Positions 1-9,738 of a stretch of 64,000 nt of DNA are shown here, piece after piece. Location of the stretch: assembly GCA_964605525.1 (NCBI GenBank), contig CAZSCV010000005.1:39256-103255 (forward strand), given 5' to 3'. How positions within the stretch are numbered: the stretch's first letter is position 1; each line of letters starts with the position of its first letter. A model generated the notes under the pieces. The model saw nothing but the letters and a program-made list of their open reading frames with translations. It had not been told where the DNA came from and made no database searches. This stretch comes from an uncultured Bdellovibrionales bacterium (lineage in GTDB: Bacteria > Patescibacteriota > Minisyncoccia > Moranbacterales > UBA9337). The position numbers were made by a program, and so were the translations under genes.

Positions 1-196
1 GTTTTGGATTTCTTCAGAGAAATTGTAAGTGGAAAAATCTTTTTTGCTGCGCGAATCTTTGTTTTCGGCGATTTCCCAGGTTTTTTCTTTCGGTTCGGCA
101 AGATATTGAATGGAGTTGTAATGCCGAGCTTCATCTTGACCGGAGAAAATAGGGAAAACCGAAGCCAAAAAAACCTCCCTGAGAAAGAAAGAAAAT

Positions 197-307
197 AAAA
201 TCAAAAACAGGACAAATCCCGGTTTTTTCCAAAAATCTTTGTTGAATTGAGTGAATTTCATATTATTCAGTATACCGCTTTTTTTGATTTCGTAAAAGTG
301 ATATAAT
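197..307 (+). repeat. ~111-bp direct repeat, copy 1 of 2 flanking the Fic gene; ends in an extended -10-like GTGATATAAT
   Basis: Near-identical to 1704..1815. A ~73-nt core is identical (aaaatcaaaaacaggacaaatcccggttttttccaaaaatctttgttgaattgagtgaatttcatattattca) and the tail matches ...gatttcgtaaaagtgatataat. Confidence 0.85.
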
Positions 308-494
308 CAGAAAAAGGAAATAATTGAATATTGTGCTATATCAAACACGTTTCCGTAATTCATAAAAAATAGTGAATTAAAGAAATGAAATTTCTTAGAA
401 TCTATTGAAGTTAGTGAAATATTTGAAATGATTTGAAAATAAAAATAATTCGCTCAATGATTTTTGACAAGTGATTGATTTTTGGGATGAAAGT

Positions 495-523
495 TTGACA
501 ATCGTCTAATAATCGTCTATAAT
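495..523 (+). promoter_or_regulatory. sigma-70-like promoter (TTGACA-N17-TATAAT) upstream of the Fic gene
   Basis: TTGACA at 495-500, a 17-nt spacer, TATAAT at 518-523, and a second TATAAT at 529-534. The spacer contains repeat module A (atcgtctaataatcgtctataat), also present at 4664-4686. Confidence 0.55.
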
Positions 524-551
524 TAGTCTATAATAACAAGAAAAAATAGCT

Positions 552-1589
552 ATGTTTACGCCTAAATATGCCATTTCTAATCGACTATTGGCTAATATAA
601 AAAGGATAACCGAAATTACCACCGATCTAAACAGTCGCAGTTTTTCTGGTGTGGTTTTGACGGAGTTGGAAAAAAAAGCTCGTGAAATATCAGTTTTTTC
701 TTCAACTAGTATTGAAGGCAATCCATTGCCACTGACTGATGTTAAAAGAATCTTAAAGACTAGGCCGGAACATATTCGAGACACAGAGAAAGAAGTTTTG
801 AATTATAACAGGGCTCTGGTGGAATTGAATGACTTGATTCGGGATGAAAAACAAGTTTTTGAGTTGTCTTTAGTTTTGAAAATTCAAAAAACCATCACAC
901 AAGAGCTGATTGAGGATTATCGATGTGGTTTTTTGAGGCAAGAACCGGTTTTCGTAAACAATCCCAAGACGCGCCAAGTTGCGTATTTACCGCCTGATCA
1001 CATCGAAGTGCCGGTCTTGATAAATGATTTATTTGAATATATCAAAAGTAGCGAAAATAAAATTGACCCTTTGATTTTAGCGGGAATTTTTCACAAACAA
1101 TTTGTTATTATTCATCCATTTATCGATGGCAATGGACGAACAGCTCGCTTGGCGACTAAAGTTCTCCTGGCTAAAATGGGGCTGAATACTTTCAATTTAT
1201 TTAGTTTTGAAAATTATTATAACAAAAATGTTAGTAAATATTTTCAAGAAGTTGGACTTCTTGGGAATTATTATGACATCAATGATCAAATAGATTTCAC
1301 TGCTTGGCTGGAATATTTTACAGACGGTATTATTGATGAACTGTTGCGAGTCAGCAAAGAGATGTCTCGAGAATCTGTTTCTCCAAAGACAGAGTTGAAA
1401 GAGTATCACAAAAAAATCATCAACTACATCGAAAAACATGGATTCATCAGTGATCGCGATTATACCAAGATGACTGACCGAGCCAAGCCAACGAGAAATC
1501 TCGATTTTAGAAAATTGATAAACCTAGGTATCATTGAAATGGAGGGGAGGGGCAGAGCGACGTATTATAAATTAAAGAAAAAGTCATAA
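552..1589 (+). CDS. Fic/DOC family protein (AMPylation-type toxin fold) with a C-terminal winged-HTH-like region
   Basis: Canonical Fic motif HPFIDGNGRTARL in the translation. The gene is bracketed by ~111-bp direct repeats. Confidence 0.8.
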   Translation: MFTPKYAISNRLLANIKRITEITTDLNSRSFSGVVLTELEKKAREISVFSSTSIEGNPLPLTDVKRILKTRPEHIRDTEKEVLNYNRALVELNDLIRDEKQVFELSLVLKIQKTITQELIEDYRCGFLRQEPVFVNNPKTRQVAYLPPDHIEVPVLINDLFEYIKSSENKIDPLILAGIFHKQFVIIHPFIDGNGRTARLATKVLLAKMGLNTFNLFSFENYYNKNVSKYFQEVGLLGNYYDINDQIDFTAWLEYFTDGIIDELLRVSKEMSRESVSPKTELKEYHKKIINYIEKHGFISDRDYTKMTDRAKPTRNLDFRKLINLGIIEMEGRGRATYYKLKKKS

Positions 1590-1660
1590 TGTTTGTATGA
1601 TTTCAATCGCAAAAAATGGATTTGAAGCAAGCGGCAAAAGATGTGGAAAGATTTCTTTTT

Positions 1661-1690
1661 TATCCCGAACAAGCGGAGTGGATTTTGAAA
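1661..1690 (+). repeat. repeat module D (tatcccgaacaagcggagtggattttgaaa), second copy at 4782..4809
   Basis: Exact 28-nt match between two intergenic regions. Confidence 0.7.
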
Positions 1691-1703
1691 TAAGAAGGAA
1701 AGC

Positions 1704-1815
1704 AAAATCAAAAACAGGACAAATCCCGGTTTTTTCCAAAAATCTTTGTTGAATTGAGTGAATTTCATATTATTCAAGTGCGCTACTTTTTTCGATTTCG
1801 TAAAAGTGATATAAT
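1704..1815 (+). repeat. ~111-bp direct repeat, copy 2 of 2 flanking the Fic gene
   Basis: See copy 1 at 197..307. It is immediately followed by module C (gtgatataatgtctgtggaaggaatgat, 1806..1833), which recurs at 4732..4760. Confidence 0.85.
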
Positions 1816-1856
1816 GTCTGTGGAAGGAATGATTAAAGCAATAAAAAACAATAACC

Positions 1857-1912
1857 CTGTGCATCGGCGGGTTTTTAGGTATTTGACTTTTGGATTAGTT
1901 TTAAGTATACTT
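1857..1912 (+). promoter_or_regulatory. repeat module F (ctgtgcatcggcgggtttttaggtat) fused to a TTGACT-N17-TATACT promoter
   Basis: The module recurs at 2971..2996, where it precedes a TTGACA-N17-TACTAT promoter upstream of the AbiEi-like gene. It may be an operator plus promoter unit. Confidence 0.4.
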
Positions 1913-2001
1913 AAAATATATCAATAAAAATTAAAAACTTTTAACTATGAATAAAACATATCAAAAACGCCCATTTTATTTGAATAAAATTACCCCCTTT
2001 A

Positions 2002-2850
2002 TTGGGGTTGATCTTATTAAAGTGCTTATTGGACAGCGGACGTTACATTGAAATTCCAGTACACACTCTGTCGTATGGGGAGTTTTTGAAATTTCAAAAA
2101 CTGCCATCCAGCGAAGAGTCACTCCTGAAATATATTCGTTATGGTGGGTTGCCTTTTCTTTCTAATTTAAAGCTTACCGATGAAATTGTATATGGTTATT
2201 TGCAGAGTGTATACAATACAATTATTTTAAACGATGTAGTAGCAAGGTTTAGGATTAGAAATATTAACTTCCTTAATCGCCTTCTAGAGTATTTAGCAGA
2301 CAATATCGGTTCCTTAGTTTCCGCCAATCGAATTAGCGATTTTTTGAAATCGCAAAAAATAAAAACTACACCCAATATAGTTTTAGATTATTTGTCATTT
2401 CTGACTGCCAGCTTCATTATTCATGAAGTTAATCGCGCAAATATAAGAGGTAAAAAAGTTTTTGAAATCAATGAAAAATATTATTGGGAAGATTTGGGCT
2501 TACGAAATTCTAGGGCTGGATACAAATCGACGGAAATTGGTCAGATGTTGGAAAATTTAGTTTTTTCTCATTTGTTGCGACTTGGATTTGCCATTCATGT
2601 TGGACAACTGGCAAATAAGGAGATTGATTTTGTGGCGGAAAAAGAAGGAAAGAAAATATATATTCAAGTGGCATATTTGATAAATAATGATTCAGTCAAA
2701 AATAGAGAGTTTGGTAATCTTTTGGATATTAAAGATAATTATCAAAAAATTGTAGTTTCAATGGATAAAATAATAGGAAATGATTATAATGGGATTAAGC
2801 ATTGCCAGATTATTGATTTTTTACTCGATGATAATATATTGAAAATATAA
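2002..2850 (+). pseudogene. 5'-truncated ATPase of the AAA_14/DUF4143 family (N-terminal Walker A domain missing)
   Basis: The translation matches only the C-terminal two-thirds of DUF4143 ATPases (KYYWEDLGLRN, EIDFVAEKEGKKIYIQV). An in-frame TGA lies at 1981-1983 and the only start is TTG. The Fic repeat module lies immediately upstream. Confidence 0.6.
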
Positions 2851-2878
2851 ATTTATACCAGTCTTTTTCTGGCGGAAT

Positions 2879-2904
2879 AATTACAGGAAAGCGGGGTGAG
2901 GCTT
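2879..2904 (+). repeat. repeat module B (aattacaggaaagcggggtgaggctt) in a 3' UTR; second copy at 4624..4649
   Basis: Both copies lie about 30-50 nt after the stop of a plus-strand gene (2850 and 4575). Confidence 0.6.
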
Positions 2905-3091
2905 AAGAGATAAAAGATTTTAAAAAAATGATTGAGAATTTGAAATTAAAATTAATCTCCTTGTTCGAAGCTGTGCATAGACGGATTTTTAGGTATGAGA
3001 TGAGTGATGAATAAGGTCTTTTAAAAAGTATTTCTTGACATCCCGTTTCTGATAGTGTACTATTATTGTATACTATTAGAAATAAGTATTT

Positions 3092-3748
3092 ATGAGTAAA
3101 ATTGATAAAAATAAATCTAAAGCAATTTGGGAAGCTGTGAGAAATCTTCCTTATTTTACTATTTATGACTTGGTGTCAATGGAAAAAAACGGAGAATATT
3201 TAAAGGTATTGCTCTATAGATTTTCCAAGCAGGGGAAAATAAAGTCATTAAAAAGAGGTATTTATGTTAGTAAAAATTTCTTAGAAAATGTACATAAAAA
3301 AAATATTACTAACGAATATGCTGAATTCATAGGAAATATCATATATGAACCTAGCTATTTAAGTATGGATTACGTGCTTGAAAAATATTCGGTACTATCA
3401 GAATCAGTAAGTACTTTTACGCTAGTTAGTGAAAAAAAGACCAATAAATTTTCCAATTATTTAGGTATTTTTAAGTTTTATAGCATTAAAAAAAGTTTAT
3501 TCACCGGATTTAATATTAAGAAGAAGGGAGATTTTTTTATTGCCGAAGCCACTCTTGCAAAGGCTTTGTTTGATTTTTTATATTTCAGGAAAAATATTTT
3601 ATTTTCCGATAAGCAAGTGGACGAGTTAAGATTGAATCTGGATAATTTTACCAGAAAAGACTTTAAAGAATTAGAAAAATATATTAATTTGGAAAAATCA
3701 AAAAGAATGAAGAAAATTTTTGATTATTTAAAAATAAAATCAATATGA
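3092..3748 (+). CDS. AbiEi-like antitoxin/transcriptional regulator (type IV TA, putative)
   Basis: A ~218-aa protein directly upstream of, and overlapping by 4 nt (ATGA) with, an AbiEii/DUF1814 nucleotidyltransferase gene. The assignment rests on this positional pairing. Confidence 0.45.
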   Translation: MSKIDKNKSKAIWEAVRNLPYFTIYDLVSMEKNGEYLKVLLYRFSKQGKIKSLKRGIYVSKNFLENVHKKNITNEYAEFIGNIIYEPSYLSMDYVLEKYSVLSESVSTFTLVSEKKTNKFSNYLGIFKFYSIKKSLFTGFNIKKKGDFFIAEATLAKALFDFLYFRKNILFSDKQVDELRLNLDNFTRKDFKELEKYINLEKSKRMKKIFDYLKIKSI

Positions 3749-4575
3749 AAAAAGTAATCCTGGAGTTAAAAAATATTATTGATGAAAACTCTGACAGAAC
3801 TGATTCGTATAAACGAAATTTATTAAAAAATTATTTACAGGTATATGCTTTAAATTTTATTTATTCTGAAAAAAAATACAGTAATTTAATATTTTATGGA
3901 GGCTCAGTTCTTTCTCAGTGTTATAACTTACCGCGTCTTTCTGAGGACTTAGATTTTGTGGATCTGACTGGGCGCATTAACCTAAGCGATTTGGCGAATG
4001 ATTTAAAAAACTACCTTAAAAAAGAGTTGGGCTTGCCATTAGAAATTAAAATACAGAAATTTAGAATATATTTGAAAGTTCCAATTCTTAAGCAACTGGA
4101 GGTATCTACTGACTCAGAATCTGACTGGCTTTATTTAAAGGTGGAAATTTTTAATGGGACAGGCTTTTGCAAAAAGCATAAAACAGAAATTAGGCCACTT
4201 TTTAAATTTAATCAATCGGTGTTAATTAAAACTTTTGATTTGCCAACATTAATGGCAACAAAAATTGGGGCTATTTTACATCGAAAATGGGAAAAAATCA
4301 GCAAATCCGGAGAAGTTCTGCTGAGCGTCAAGGGAAGGGATTACTTTGATTTAATGTGGTATTTGCAAAAAGACATCTCTCCGAATTTAGATTGCATAAA
4401 GGAGGTTGAGGATGTTGCGGAGTTAAAGAACGAGCTTTTAGATATTGTGAATAAAATTGATAAACAAAGCATTATTCTCGATTTGGAAAATTTTATCGCA
4501 GATAGGGAATTTGTTAAAAATCTTGGAAAAAATATAAAAGATATATTAAAAATAGAAATTAATAAATTGCACTAA
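3745..4575 (+). CDS. AbiEii/AbiGii-family nucleotidyltransferase toxin (DUF1814)
   Basis: Family motif IFYGGSVLSQCY...RLSEDLDFV (GGTAL...R.SEDlDf). Confidence 0.7.
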   Translation: MKKVILELKNIIDENSDRTDSYKRNLLKNYLQVYALNFIYSEKKYSNLIFYGGSVLSQCYNLPRLSEDLDFVDLTGRINLSDLANDLKNYLKKELGLPLEIKIQKFRIYLKVPILKQLEVSTDSESDWLYLKVEIFNGTGFCKKHKTEIRPLFKFNQSVLIKTFDLPTLMATKIGAILHRKWEKISKSGEVLLSVKGRDYFDLMWYLQKDISPNLDCIKEVEDVAELKNELLDIVNKIDKQSIILDLENFIADREFVKNLGKNIKDILKIEINKLH

Positions 4576-4623
4576 GGATTATACCAAAACAATGCGGTCG
4601 TCGAGTTTTTGGCATAATCATTA

Positions 4624-4812
4624 ATTACAGGAAAGTGGGGTGAGGCTTGAAAAGCATTGGTTTATCGTCTAACAATCGTCTATAATCTATGAGGGAGATA
4701 AAAAAATAAAAATAACCCCGAGGTTAAAATGGGTGGTATAATGTCTGTGGAAAGAATGATCTGGATCTGGTTTCCATTTTACCCCGAACAAGCGGAGTGG
4801 ATTTTGAAACTG
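4624..4812 (+). repeat. composite of repeat modules B', A', C', D' in the spacer upstream of the glycan locus
   Basis: B' at 4624-4649, A' at 4664-4686 (with a TATAAT), C' at 4732-4760 (tggtataat extended -10), D' at 4782-4809. The order C-D is permuted relative to the D-E-C arrangement at 1661-1833. Confidence 0.7.
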
Positions 4813-4881
4813 TCGAAATATTTGAAAGGGTTTGAGATGTGAAAAATAATTCATTTAAAAATTTTTTAACAAAAAATAAAA

Positions 4882-5688
4882 ATGGAGATAAAGATTGAAG
4901 AAATCAAAGAAATCGCCAAAAAATCCGGGGAAAAAGTTTTGGAATATTATTACAAAGATTATAATATTTCATACAAAGATAACGGTGGCAAAAAATCACC
5001 TTTGACTGAGGCGGATTTGGCGTCGGATAAAATAATCATGGAAGGACTTGAAAAATACAATTTTCCGATTTTGAGCGAAGAAACGGAAGATGATTTATCA
5101 AGGATTCAAAGTGAATATGTTTGGATTGTTGATCCGTTGGACGGTACGAGTGATTTTATGGAAAAGACCGGTGAATTTTCGATTCTTATCGGGTTAGTGA
5201 AAAATGGTGATCCGGTTTTGGGTATGGTTTTCGAACCGGTAAAAAATACTTTTTATTGGGCGGAAAAAGGGAAGGGCGCTTTTATGGAAAAAAATGGAAA
5301 AATCAAAAAAATAAATGTTTCCAATAAGGATAATTTTCAAGATATGACTATTTTGCTCTCGCGAAATCATCTTTTGGAAAGCGATAAAAAACTTTGTGAA
5401 AATTTGAAAATAGGAAAACAAACAAAAAGAGGGTCGACTTCCAAAATGTGCGTGATTGCGCGTGGGGATGCGGAAATCTATGTAAATACCAGTGATAAAA
5501 CGGGGGAGTGGGATACTTGCGCGCCACAAGTAGTCTTGACGGAAGCGGGAGGTAAGATTGTGGATATGCGGGGAAAAGAACTAATGTATAACAAAAAAAA
5601 CCCGAAGAATCTTAATGGATTCGTGGTGTCAAATGGTAAAAATTATGCTAGAATAGTTGAGGAATTGAAAGGGGTAATAAAAAGTTAA
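4882..5688 (+). CDS. inositol monophosphatase family / 3'(2'),5'-bisphosphate nucleotidase (CysQ-like)
   Basis: IMPase motif WIVDPLDGTSDF. The gene is adjacent to the APS kinase. Confidence 0.65.
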   Translation: MEIKIEEIKEIAKKSGEKVLEYYYKDYNISYKDNGGKKSPLTEADLASDKIIMEGLEKYNFPILSEETEDDLSRIQSEYVWIVDPLDGTSDFMEKTGEFSILIGLVKNGDPVLGMVFEPVKNTFYWAEKGKGAFMEKNGKIKKINVSNKDNFQDMTILLSRNHLLESDKKLCENLKIGKQTKRGSTSKMCVIARGDAEIYVNTSDKTGEWDTCAPQVVLTEAGGKIVDMRGKELMYNKKNPKNLNGFVVSNGKNYARIVEELKGVIKS

Positions 5689-5702
5689 ATTCAATAAGAA
5701 TA

Positions 5703-6227
5703 ATGAAAAAAGGAATAGTGATTTGGCTTACGGGCTTGCCGTGCAGTGGGAAAACAACATTATCCAAGGAAATCGAAAAATATTTTCAGCAAAAGAATTT
5801 GCCCATTCAGAGATTGGATGGCGATGTGGTGCGTGAAACTATCAGCAAGGATTTGGGATTTTCGAAAAATGATCGAGATGTTAATATCGAGAGAATTTCG
5901 TATGTGGCGCAGATGCTTTCGGATAATGGTGTAAATGTTGTTTCCGCTTTTGTTGCTCCATATCAGAAAATGAGAAATTTTACACGTAGTCTTTGTGAAA
6001 ATTTCGTAGAAGTTTATGTTAAATGCGATATTGAAGAATGCAAGAGAAGAGATGTAAAAGGAATGTATGCCAAAGCCGCCAAGGGACAAATTAAAGATTT
6101 CACAGGAGTCGACGATCCTTATGAAACTCCAAATAATCCAGAGGTTGCTGTAAATACGGAATACGAAGAAATAAAAGAAAGTACAGAAAAAATTATTCGT
6201 TGTGTTTTAAATAAGCATACTTTATGA
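5703..6227 (+). CDS. cysC: adenylyl-sulfate (APS) kinase
   Basis: P-loop GLPCSGKTTL, an RLDGDVVR motif, and length/architecture typical of CysC. Confidence 0.85.
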   Translation: MKKGIVIWLTGLPCSGKTTLSKEIEKYFQQKNLPIQRLDGDVVRETISKDLGFSKNDRDVNIERISYVAQMLSDNGVNVVSAFVAPYQKMRNFTRSLCENFVEVYVKCDIEECKRRDVKGMYAKAAKGQIKDFTGVDDPYETPNNPEVAVNTEYEEIKESTEKIIRCVLNKHTL

Positions 6228-7039
6228 TAAAAATATTTTTTCTAAAAAAATATTATTTTATTGTTTATCATCTTACAAGAATGTTTTTTTTGGAAAATAT
6301 GGTGATAAATAAAGAAAACAAGCACAAAAGAATATATCATTATCATATTAGAAAAACCGGAGGAACAAGCTTGAATAAGATGTTTTTTTTATTAAATAAC
6401 ACAAAAGATGATTCAATGAATATATATAGTGAGATTTGCAATTCCATGAATCACAGAGCGGTTGATAGCATGAGTAGAATTTATGTTGGATATAATCCTT
6501 ATTTTATTGAAAATGAAGATTATTTTTATGGATTTTCTCATATTCCAATGCATAAAATAAAAATTCCTACAGAAATATTTACCTTTACAATAATAAGGGA
6601 TCCTGTCGAAAGAATATTGTCCCATTATAAAATGTTATTAGACTATGAAGCAAATAAAAATAAACATCCTTCGTTTAATACTGAAAAAAAATGGATAGGG
6701 GATAGCTTCGGTGATTTTATTAGTAGAGTGCCGTCTAGACATTTAATGAGGCAGTTGTATATGTTTTCCAATAGCTTTAATGTGGAAGAAGCAGTAGAGA
6801 ATATTTCAAAATGTTCCCATGTGATATTTTTTGAGGATTTTAATAAAGGAGTGAAATCGTTATTTGATAAACTAGAATTGGATATGCCGGAAATTATTCA
6901 TGAAAAGAAAAGTGCTGTATGTTTTGAGCCAAAATACGATGAATTGTTGATGTTAAGAAAACTGATAGAAAAAGAATTGGTTTTCTACGAAAGGGTAAAA
7001 TATATTTATAGGCATAGTGATTTATTGAATAATTTATGA
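6224..7039 (+). CDS. carbohydrate sulfotransferase (Sulfotransfer_2-like)
   Basis: 5'-PSB-like YHIRKTGGTSL and 3'-PB-like IIRDPVERILSHY motifs. ATGA overlap with cysC. Confidence 0.55.
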   Translation: MIKIFFLKKYYFIVYHLTRMFFLENMVINKENKHKRIYHYHIRKTGGTSLNKMFFLLNNTKDDSMNIYSEICNSMNHRAVDSMSRIYVGYNPYFIENEDYFYGFSHIPMHKIKIPTEIFTFTIIRDPVERILSHYKMLLDYEANKNKHPSFNTEKKWIGDSFGDFISRVPSRHLMRQLYMFSNSFNVEEAVENISKCSHVIFFEDFNKGVKSLFDKLELDMPEIIHEKKSAVCFEPKYDELLMLRKLIEKELVFYERVKYIYRHSDLLNNL

Positions 7040-7049
7040 ATACAAAAAA

Positions 7050-7679
7050 ATGATATTAAAAATTTTATTGCGAGAGATAAGATATGTATTTTCAGTAACG
7101 AAGAGGTTTTTTATAAGTCCAAAATTTCCAAAAAATAAAGACGGAAAGATCTTGATTCATATTGGATGCGGAGATATAAAAGACTCTTGTTTCGTGAATA
7201 TTGATGCGCGACCCATGGAGCATATTCATTATGTAACAAAAAATGTTGATAATTTAAGCTTCCTTCCATCTAAAAGTGTTGATTTATTGTATATGTGTCA
7301 TGTTATGGAGCATTTTGATAGAGCAAAATCTGTCATGGTTACAAAAGAATGCTTTAGGGTTCTCAAACATGGCGGAATATTGAGAATTTCCGTTCCAGAC
7401 TTCGATCGAATAGTTGATATTTATCTTGATAACAATAGAAACATGAAGGCTATTATAGCCCCGTTATTTGGAGGACAAGATTATGAGTTTAATTACCATT
7501 ACAATATGTTCAACAGAGAAAGTCTTGGTGAATTATTTAAACAATGCGGTTTTCGTATTACAAGAGAATGGAAGCCTGATGATGTGCAGTATCATAAATT
7601 TGATGATTGGTCGCGAAGAAAATTTAGCGTCGATGATAAAAAGTATATCATAAGTCTGAATTTGGAGGCTGTTAAATAA
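7050..7679 (+). CDS. class I SAM-dependent methyltransferase
   Basis: Motif I-like ILIHIGCGD and HVMEHF. Confidence 0.6.
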   Translation: MILKILLREIRYVFSVTKRFFISPKFPKNKDGKILIHIGCGDIKDSCFVNIDARPMEHIHYVTKNVDNLSFLPSKSVDLLYMCHVMEHFDRAKSVMVTKECFRVLKHGGILRISVPDFDRIVDIYLDNNRNMKAIIAPLFGGQDYEFNYHYNMFNRESLGELFKQCGFRITREWKPDDVQYHKFDDWSRRKFSVDDKKYIISLNLEAVK

Positions 7680-7697
7680 TCCATTTTATTTTTTTAA

Positions 7698-9005
7698 ATG
7701 AATTTATATAGAAGATTGTTAATTTTTTTAGAAAATATTCATGTGCTCATTTTTAAGCGCTCATCAGGAAGAAAGATGCGAGAATTTGCTATAAATCTTT
7801 CTTGGTCATTGGGTGGATTTTTTTTTAGTTCCTTTATATTATTTTTTCTTAATGTTTCAGCTGGTAGAATTTTAGGACCCGTCGGATATGGAAAATATAA
7901 TCTGATATTGGTTTTGGCAAATATTGTTTCTGTGGTTATCCTCCTTGGATTGAATACGACAACTACAAAATTTTTAGCAGAAAGTAAAAATGAATTGGAA
8001 AAGAAAAGAATTCTTTCAAATTCAATCATTATTATATCTATTACTAGTTTGATTTCTTTATGCTTATTTCTGCTGATGTTGTTTTTGGATTTATTTAATG
8101 GATTAAATTTAAATCCGAATCTGTTTTTTACAGCTATAATCTTTGCGATTTTGTTAAGCTATAAATCTTTATTTGACGGAATAGCCAAAGGATTAAATTT
8201 ATTTGAATATCAAACGAAAATTAGAATTGCGGAGAGTTTGATTGTAGTTATAATTTTTTTACTATTTTTTTCCCAACTAAAAATTGGCAATTTTTTCTAT
8301 TATGCCATATCCCTAATTGGAGGAATGGTGTTTTTTTGCCTATTTTTTTATTTTAAAATTAAAAGTTATGTAATAGGGTGGAGCATGCAACATTTTAAGA
8401 GGATATTTAAATATACAAGAGACACAATTGTTATTACTATTATTCTTATGATTGTAAATTATTTAGATAGGATTTTTGTAGGAAGATTTATTGGATTAAC
8501 AGATCTAGGAATATATAGTGCCTATCTAACTTCGTCATCAGTTTTCGTAGGTCAAATAATGATAGTTTTAAATAATGTTTTTTTTCCGGCAGTAATTTTA
8601 TTAGAAGATAAAGATGCAGTAAAAAAACAAGTAGATAAATTATTTATATTTTTTTCAATTCCAGTATTTTTTTTATTTTCCATTGTTTCATACGGAGCAT
8701 TGTATCTTTTTGGAAATAATTTTGAGAAGAATATTCTTATTATTTTTGCCTTTTCTTTTGCTTCCGTTCTTCAATTGTTTGGAAGCTTATATAAAAGTTT
8801 AGTATCTTCACATGAATCAAAATATGGAAAATATAGGAAACTTTCTTTTACTCTGCCGATTTTTTTTATAGTCTTTTATGGGATATTGGTTGTTTTTGAT
8901 TTAAAAAATTTAAATTACGCGACATTTGCCTATGTGGCGTTTGTAAGTTATAATTTTACTATTATTCGATTAAGTTGTAATTATGAAAAGAAAAAAAACA
9001 TTTAA
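7698..9005 (+). CDS. polysaccharide biosynthesis protein / Wzx-like oligosaccharide flippase
   Basis: 435 aa with about 12 predicted TM helices, in a glycan locus context. Confidence 0.5.
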   Translation: MNLYRRLLIFLENIHVLIFKRSSGRKMREFAINLSWSLGGFFFSSFILFFLNVSAGRILGPVGYGKYNLILVLANIVSVVILLGLNTTTTKFLAESKNELEKKRILSNSIIIISITSLISLCLFLLMLFLDLFNGLNLNPNLFFTAIIFAILLSYKSLFDGIAKGLNLFEYQTKIRIAESLIVVIIFLLFFSQLKIGNFFYYAISLIGGMVFFCLFFYFKIKSYVIGWSMQHFKRIFKYTRDTIVITIILMIVNYLDRIFVGRFIGLTDLGIYSAYLTSSSVFVGQIMIVLNNVFFPAVILLEDKDAVKKQVDKLFIFFSIPVFFLFSIVSYGALYLFGNNFEKNILIIFAFSFASVLQLFGSLYKSLVSSHESKYGKYRKLSFTLPIFFIVFYGILVVFDLKNLNYATFAYVAFVSYNFTIIRLSCNYEKKKNI

Positions 9006-9738
9006 AAAAAGAATTTTTAATGCGCTAAAAACTGTCGGACTTTGGGGTATTATAAAACTTATTTTTGTAAACATAAAATTGTATTATCTTAGAATAAGGA
9101 AAACTCCATCCTATTCGCAACTGTTCGAGGATTATTTTCTGGATTCATTGATGAAACATAGTAGAAATGGATTCTATGTCGATATTGGCGCTAATGATCC
9201 CTTTAATTTGAATAATACGGCATTTTTTTATCAAAAAGGATGGCATGGTATTAATATTGAACCGGATATGCAAAAATTTAATTTATTAAAAGAAAAAAGA
9301 CCTGACGATATTAATATAAACATGGGCGTAGGCAAGAATGCCGGAATACTTAAGTTCTACAGATTTAAAGATAGCTCCTTATGTACATTTTCAGAGGATG
9401 AGGCGAAAAAAAGAGTGCAGCAGGGCGTTGAATTGATTGGTGAAACTGAAGTCTTCGTAGATACTCTCGCGAATATTTTGGCAAAGAATATTCCATCGGA
9501 GAAGAGAATAGACTTTATTTCAATTGATGTCGAAGGTCTTAATCGAGATGTTCTGTATTCAAATGATTGGAAAAAATATAGACCAAGATATGTTTGCATA
9601 GAAGTTGCTGAGTATTGCAAAGATGTTTTAACTAAAGATATGGAGATTGTTAAATTTTTAGAAAAGCAGAAATACAAAGAAGTATTTTTTAATGGAATTA
9701 ATTCTATTTTTAAAGATATAAAAAAAAATGAAAAATAA
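8983..9738 (+). CDS. FkbM-family methyltransferase
   Basis: FYVDIGANDPFN and FISIDVEGLNRDVL motifs. Confidence 0.7.
   Translation: MKRKKTFKKRIFNALKTVGLWGIIKLIFVNIKLYYLRIRKTPSYSQLFEDYFLDSLMKHSRNGFYVDIGANDPFNLNNTAFFYQKGWHGINIEPDMQKFNLLKEKRPDDININMGVGKNAGILKFYRFKDSSLCTFSEDEAKKRVQQGVELIGETEVFVDTLANILAKNIPSEKRIDFISIDVEGLNRDVLYSNDWKKYRPRYVCIEVAEYCKDVLTKDMEIVKFLEKQKYKEVFFNGINSIFKDIKKNEK

Noticed and set aside
4-198. 64-aa ORF at the window start
   Set aside because: Possibly the tail of a gene beginning upstream of the window. No motifs, and it overlaps the Fic-flanking repeat, so it was not called.
1565-1864. Minus-strand 99-aa ORF
   Set aside because: Lies entirely within repeat modules D/E/C and is AT-rich low complexity. 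Likely spurious.
5746-6089. Overlapping ORFs 5746..5934(+) and 5760..6089(-) inside cysC
   Set aside because: They are embedded in and out of frame with a high-confidence APS kinase CDS.
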